From: an uncultured bacterium
GTDB lineage: Bacteria > Chloroflexota > UBA5177 > JANWHV01
Assembly (NCBI GenBank): GCA_963729625.1
Contig: CAVSOU010000011.1
Span: 384,001-448,000, forward strand
Length of the DNA: 64,000 nucleotides
Direction of reading: 5' to 3'
The position numbers were made by a program, and so were the translations under genes. The stretch's first letter is position 1; every line of letters begins with the position of its first letter. Shown in pieces: positions 60,978 to 64,000 of the stretch. The notes below the pieces were generated by a model. It was not told where the DNA came from. It saw nothing but the letters and a program-made list of their open reading frames with translations, and did no database searches.

Positions 60978-62189
60978 TCACACGACAAAGTCGGGGAATA
61001 ACATTAGCTGCACTGGCTGAGGACCGACATTGCGCAGAGCGCGCCTGATTCGATGCAGTGACATCGTCGCTTCAGGCGGTCGACGGCCGTTGAGCAAGAC
61101 AAAGGGCGCGGCGCGAGAGGTGACGACTCCCAGCACCTTCAAGTCGCTCGTTTCCGCAAGCGTGCCGAGGTGCCGCATGTCCACGATGCGCCGCGCGCTG
61201 ACCGGCCCGATTCCCGGCACGCGCAGCAGGTCCTCAAACGTGGCAGTATTGACCTCCACTGGTGTGCGGTCTGGAATCGCGAGCGTCACTGCCAACTTGG
61301 GGTCCAGGGCAAGGGGAAGGTTGCCGTGCCTATCAAAGGCCGCGTCGAGATCAGCATCGCCAAACTGGTACTGTTCAGCCAGCCATTCCAACTGGTAGAG
61401 TCTGGCTCGACGGCGAGGATCGGGCGGCGTAGCCTCAACCAGCGGTGTGCCCGGTGCAGGCTGAAACGAGCCGTAATGGACGCGGCGCAGATCGAATTCG
61501 CGGCGCAAGCGGCGGCTCGCATCAGCCAACGCACGATCCGCAGCCGGTAACCGGCCGTTGGCCGCTACGCCGACCAACAGTTGTCCGGTCACTCCACTGC
61601 GGATCTTGCCCTCGAGATTCAACCGGCGCAGTGCGTGCAGCGGCCGCAGGATGTCCTGCTCCCAGCGCTTGCCGGTTTCAAGTCCCTCCAGGTACTCTGG
61701 AGCCGGCACTTCCACGTTGAGCGAAAGCCGATCGGCTACCGTCGCTGCTTCCTCGATGGACGAGTCGGACGATCCCGGCAGGACCTTCATATGCACGTAA
61801 CCATCGAACTCGTGGCGGGAGCGCAGGATGCGAACGGTATCGATCATTCGCTGCATCGACGCGTCCGCGCTGCCGTCGGCTGCCGAGCTGAGCATCAATC
61901 CGTCCGCACGCCGACGAAGCCAGTGATCGGCAAATGCTTGGGCAAGCTCATCCGAGCCAAAGGACGAGCGCCGTGGATCGTTGCTCCGCCTGAGCGGGCA
62001 ATAGGCGCAATCGTGTTCGCAGTAGCTGCTCTGCAAGACACGGAGCAACGTGCCGGCTGCATCGTGCGTTGAGTCTCCGACGCAGAGCGCAGACCGCGGT
62101 CCTTGCGCGGCGCGAGCCAGTTGCCGCTCGCCGGCGATTTCGTATCGTGCCGCGCTCCCGAGCAGCGCAAGCTTTTCGGCCGTGTCCAT
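60978..62189 (-). CDS. Putative DNA modification/repair radical SAM protein with HhH motif
   Basis: EKL..L...ARY N-terminus, CEHDCAYC, GYVHMK, ADRLSLNVE, RLYQ..WL, LDPKL, LLRVPGIGP. Confidence 0.85.
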   Translation of the reverse strand: MDTAEKLALLGSAARYEIAGERQLARAAQGPRSALCVGDSTHDAAGTLLRVLQSSYCEHDCAYCPLRRSNDPRRSSFGSDELAQAFADHWLRRRADGLMLSSAADGSADASMQRMIDTVRILRSRHEFDGYVHMKVLPGSSDSSIEEAATVADRLSLNVEVPAPEYLEGLETGKRWEQDILRPLHALRRLNLEGKIRSGVTGQLLVGVAANGRLPAADRALADASRRLRREFDLRRVHYGSFQPAPGTPLVEATPPDPRRRARLYQLEWLAEQYQFGDADLDAAFDRHGNLPLALDPKLAVTLAIPDRTPVEVNTATFEDLLRVPGIGPVSARRIVDMRHLGTLAETSDLKVLGVVTSRAAPFVLLNGRRPPEATMSLHRIRRALRNVGPQPVQLMLFPDFVV

Positions 62190-62420
62190 ACGCGTATTGT
62201 CCGACGTCTGCTCGATCGGCGCCAGTAGCGACGAGACCGGGGGACACGTCCGGCGAGAACTGGTTGCGACGCGGCGCGGACAGCTGCCTCGCGTGGCCTC
62301 CGGCGCTGCCAACGGGGCTCGTGGGCTGCGTCTCCCCAAAAGGGGTGGTTGCGACGCACCGCGCAACAGCCGATAATGCCACCGAGAGCATATCGCACGG
62401 GCTAGAGAGAGGGGTAGCGG

Positions 62421-62837
62421 ATGATTGGCGGCAAGGACGACGCATTGAGCTCGATCCTAGAGATCAGACGAAAGCGCGTCTCACGACCAGAATCCGATTA
62501 TCCAGAGGCGGAAGGGTGCCCGGCGCCAGCTCAGACGATGCCCGGTCAGCCGGCGACGGCAACCGCGCGAGGCTGGGCCCACGCGCTCGAGCAGACCCCA
62601 ACCTCCGTCGATGCCCAGGCCCAAGCCGAGCCGCCGGCAGCGCAGGCCCAGGCGAGCGGTTCTGCAATCGCGGATGCGAAAGCCAGGGCGACGAGGGCCC
62701 CGTCTCCGCTGATCGCGAAGATTCGGATATGCCCGACGAGCTTTTCTGGTAACCACGAGTGGGTCTATCCGGCGCAGCGGCGCGGCGCCGTCGACATCTA
62801 TTGCAGGCGCTGCGGCCACCGGAAAGCAAACCGCTAA
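62421..62837 (+). CDS. Hypothetical protein with C-terminal Cys/His zinc-ribbon-like motif
   Basis: RBS AGAGGGG; low-complexity N-part; CP......HEW...YCRRCGH. Confidence 0.6.
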   Translation: MIGGKDDALSSILEIRRKRVSRPESDYPEAEGCPAPAQTMPGQPATATARGWAHALEQTPTSVDAQAQAEPPAAQAQASGSAIADAKARATRAPSPLIAKIRICPTSFSGNHEWVYPAQRRGAVDIYCRRCGHRKANR

Positions 62838-62868
62838 GCCGGCGAGAAGTCTGTCCCGCCGGGCCAGG

Positions 62869-63237
62869 TCACCATTCGCCTGCACCGCGGACGAGCCGGA
62901 TCTCTTCGACGCGGCCGGCAGATCCAAGGACAATTGCTACCACGTCGATTCGCCACGCGCAGTCCTCTACGGCGTGCTCGACCATATAGTGCGCTGCCGC
63001 AGCCGCTACATGCGCTATCTTCGTCGGTGTAACAGCTTCTTCTGGCGCGCCGAACAGATTGCCACGACGGGTTTTGACCTCCACGAAAGCCAACGTATCG
63101 CCGTCACGGCAAACCAGATCGACCTCACCCGCACGGCACGTATAGTTCGTAGCCAGTACGGAATACCCTTGCTCTACCAGGAACCGGAGCGCGAGATTCT
63201 CGCCGCGATCGCCCAGGCGGCGGCGAGCGTGCCGCAT
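62869..63237 (-). CDS. yraN: YraN (UPF0102) family putative endonuclease
   Basis: GDRGE, GEVDLV, FVEVKTR, EAVT..K, RIDVV; follows rplS. Confidence 0.92.
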   Translation of the reverse strand: MRHARRRLGDRGENLALRFLVEQGYSVLATNYTCRAGEVDLVCRDGDTLAFVEVKTRRGNLFGAPEEAVTPTKIAHVAAAAAHYMVEHAVEDCAWRIDVVAIVLGSAGRVEEIRLVRGAGEW

Positions 63238-63238
63238 G

Positions 63239-63610
63239 CTATGCCTTGGCGGCCGCCTGCGGTACGTAGCGCTTCTCTCGGATCCGCGCCGACTTTCCGG
63301 TCCGCTTGCGGAGGTAGTACAGCGCCGCCCTGCGGACCGCGCCATGGCGAACGATCTCGAACTTGTCAATCCGAGGAGAGTTTACGAGGAACGTCCGCTC
63401 AACGCCTATCTGACCGCTTAACCGGCGCACTGTGATGCTGGCGTCGACGTTGGCCTTCCGGCGGCGAATCACGGTACCCTCGAAGACCTGCACACGCTCT
63501 TTGTTCCCCTCGACGATGCGCGCATGCACGCGGATAGTGTCGCCGACACTGATCCTGGGCAGATCGGACTTCAGCTGGCTGGTGCGGACCAAATCGAGGA
63601 TATTGCCCAT
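63239..63610 (-). CDS. rplS: 50S ribosomal protein L19
   Basis: GDTIRV, EGNKERVQVFEG, GVERTF, G.VRRA.LYYLR. Confidence 0.97.
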   Translation of the reverse strand: MGNILDLVRTSQLKSDLPRISVGDTIRVHARIVEGNKERVQVFEGTVIRRRKANVDASITVRRLSGQIGVERTFLVNSPRIDKFEIVRHGAVRRAALYYLRKRTGKSARIREKRYVPQAAAKA

Positions 63611-63620
63611 TATCTCTTCT

Positions 63621-63675
63621 CCCGCCAACTCCACGTGGAGTGTTTCCGCGCGGGCCGCGGTGGCGGGAACACCCC
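63621..63675 (-). promoter_or_regulatory. Structured rplS leader (possible L19 autoregulatory element)
   Basis: Minus-strand GTGTTCC...GGAAACAC stem, with an alternative CCCGCCA/TGGCGGG pairing next to the RBS. Confidence 0.4.
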
Positions 63676-63769
63676 GGCCTTCCAACGCAACCGCCCGCTG
63701 CAATCAACAACGTTGCTAACCAAGAGCACATGGTAGCATACCGATACTGGCAGAACAAGGCACAGTGCG

Positions 63770-64000
63770 CTAGTAGCCCATGGCATACGCGGTCTGGCCG
63801 CGAGGTGACGCGCAGGCCTCCAGGCGCCCGCTATCCGGGTCTATGCGCGCGCCGCACACCTGGCCATTCGCCCAATTGTCCACGACCGCGACCTCATGGC
63901 CAAGCGCTTCGAGCGCGGAGCGCGTCGCATGGGGAATCCGTCCCTCCACGGACAGGCAGCCAAGCAGCGTTTCGCGCGGATAAAACGAGGATGCCAGGTG
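63770..64000 (-). CDS. ggt: Gamma-glutamyltransferase, C-terminal end (not in the ORF track; 5' end outside window)
   Basis: Manual translation HLASSFYPRE...VEGRI...LGHEV...W.NG...D..SG.L...ASPR...YAMGY* resembles a GGT small-subunit C-terminus. Confidence 0.8.
   Translation of the reverse strand, partial: HLASSFYPRETLLGCLSVEGRIPHATRSALEALGHEVAVVDNWANGQVCGARIDPDSGRLEACASPRGQTAYAMGY

Noticed and set aside
62196-62211. LexA box upstream of the radical SAM gene
   Set aside because: GAGC-N4-GTCG has three mismatches to the GAAC-N4-GTTC core

Overview
High-GC bacterial chromosomal segment. Chloroflexota or a related monoderm lineage is inferred from a GAAC-N4-GTTC-type SOS box, the cdaA-cdaR pair and zwf-opcA-pgl; this is not proven. 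About 50 CDS. Housekeeping genes are scattered and mostly separated from their usual operon partners: alaS 3' end, uvrB, cdaA-cdaR, dnaG, aroA, carB, gntK-zwf-opcA-pgl, rmlA, rmlD, ltaE, yraN, rplS, ggt 3' end. Two LacI-controlled catabolic islands have promoters and operators readable directly in the DNA. The first is an inositol-type cluster (iolE-like, iolG, an atypical transaldolase, LacI, two convergent malonate-semialdehyde dehydrogenases) with no iolC/iolJ in the window, suggesting a transaldolase-based route to malonate semialdehyde. The second has two class-III aminotransferases, a sugar-type ABC transporter, a HAD phosphatase and a DUF1349 gene. Other oddities: an orphan N-truncated Hcp ORF behind aroA, a CHAT-protease remnant in front of a cytoplasmic S8 protease, a divergent IF-3 paralog, a glutamine-synthetase-fold protein missing two metal-ligand glutamates, a CAD/Bacteroidetes-type orphan carB, a large Ig-repeat surface protein, and two structured intergenic regions (one 6S-RNA-like). 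No CRISPR array, tRNA, rRNA or intact mobile element was seen. All calls come from motif recognition by eye; no database search was run.
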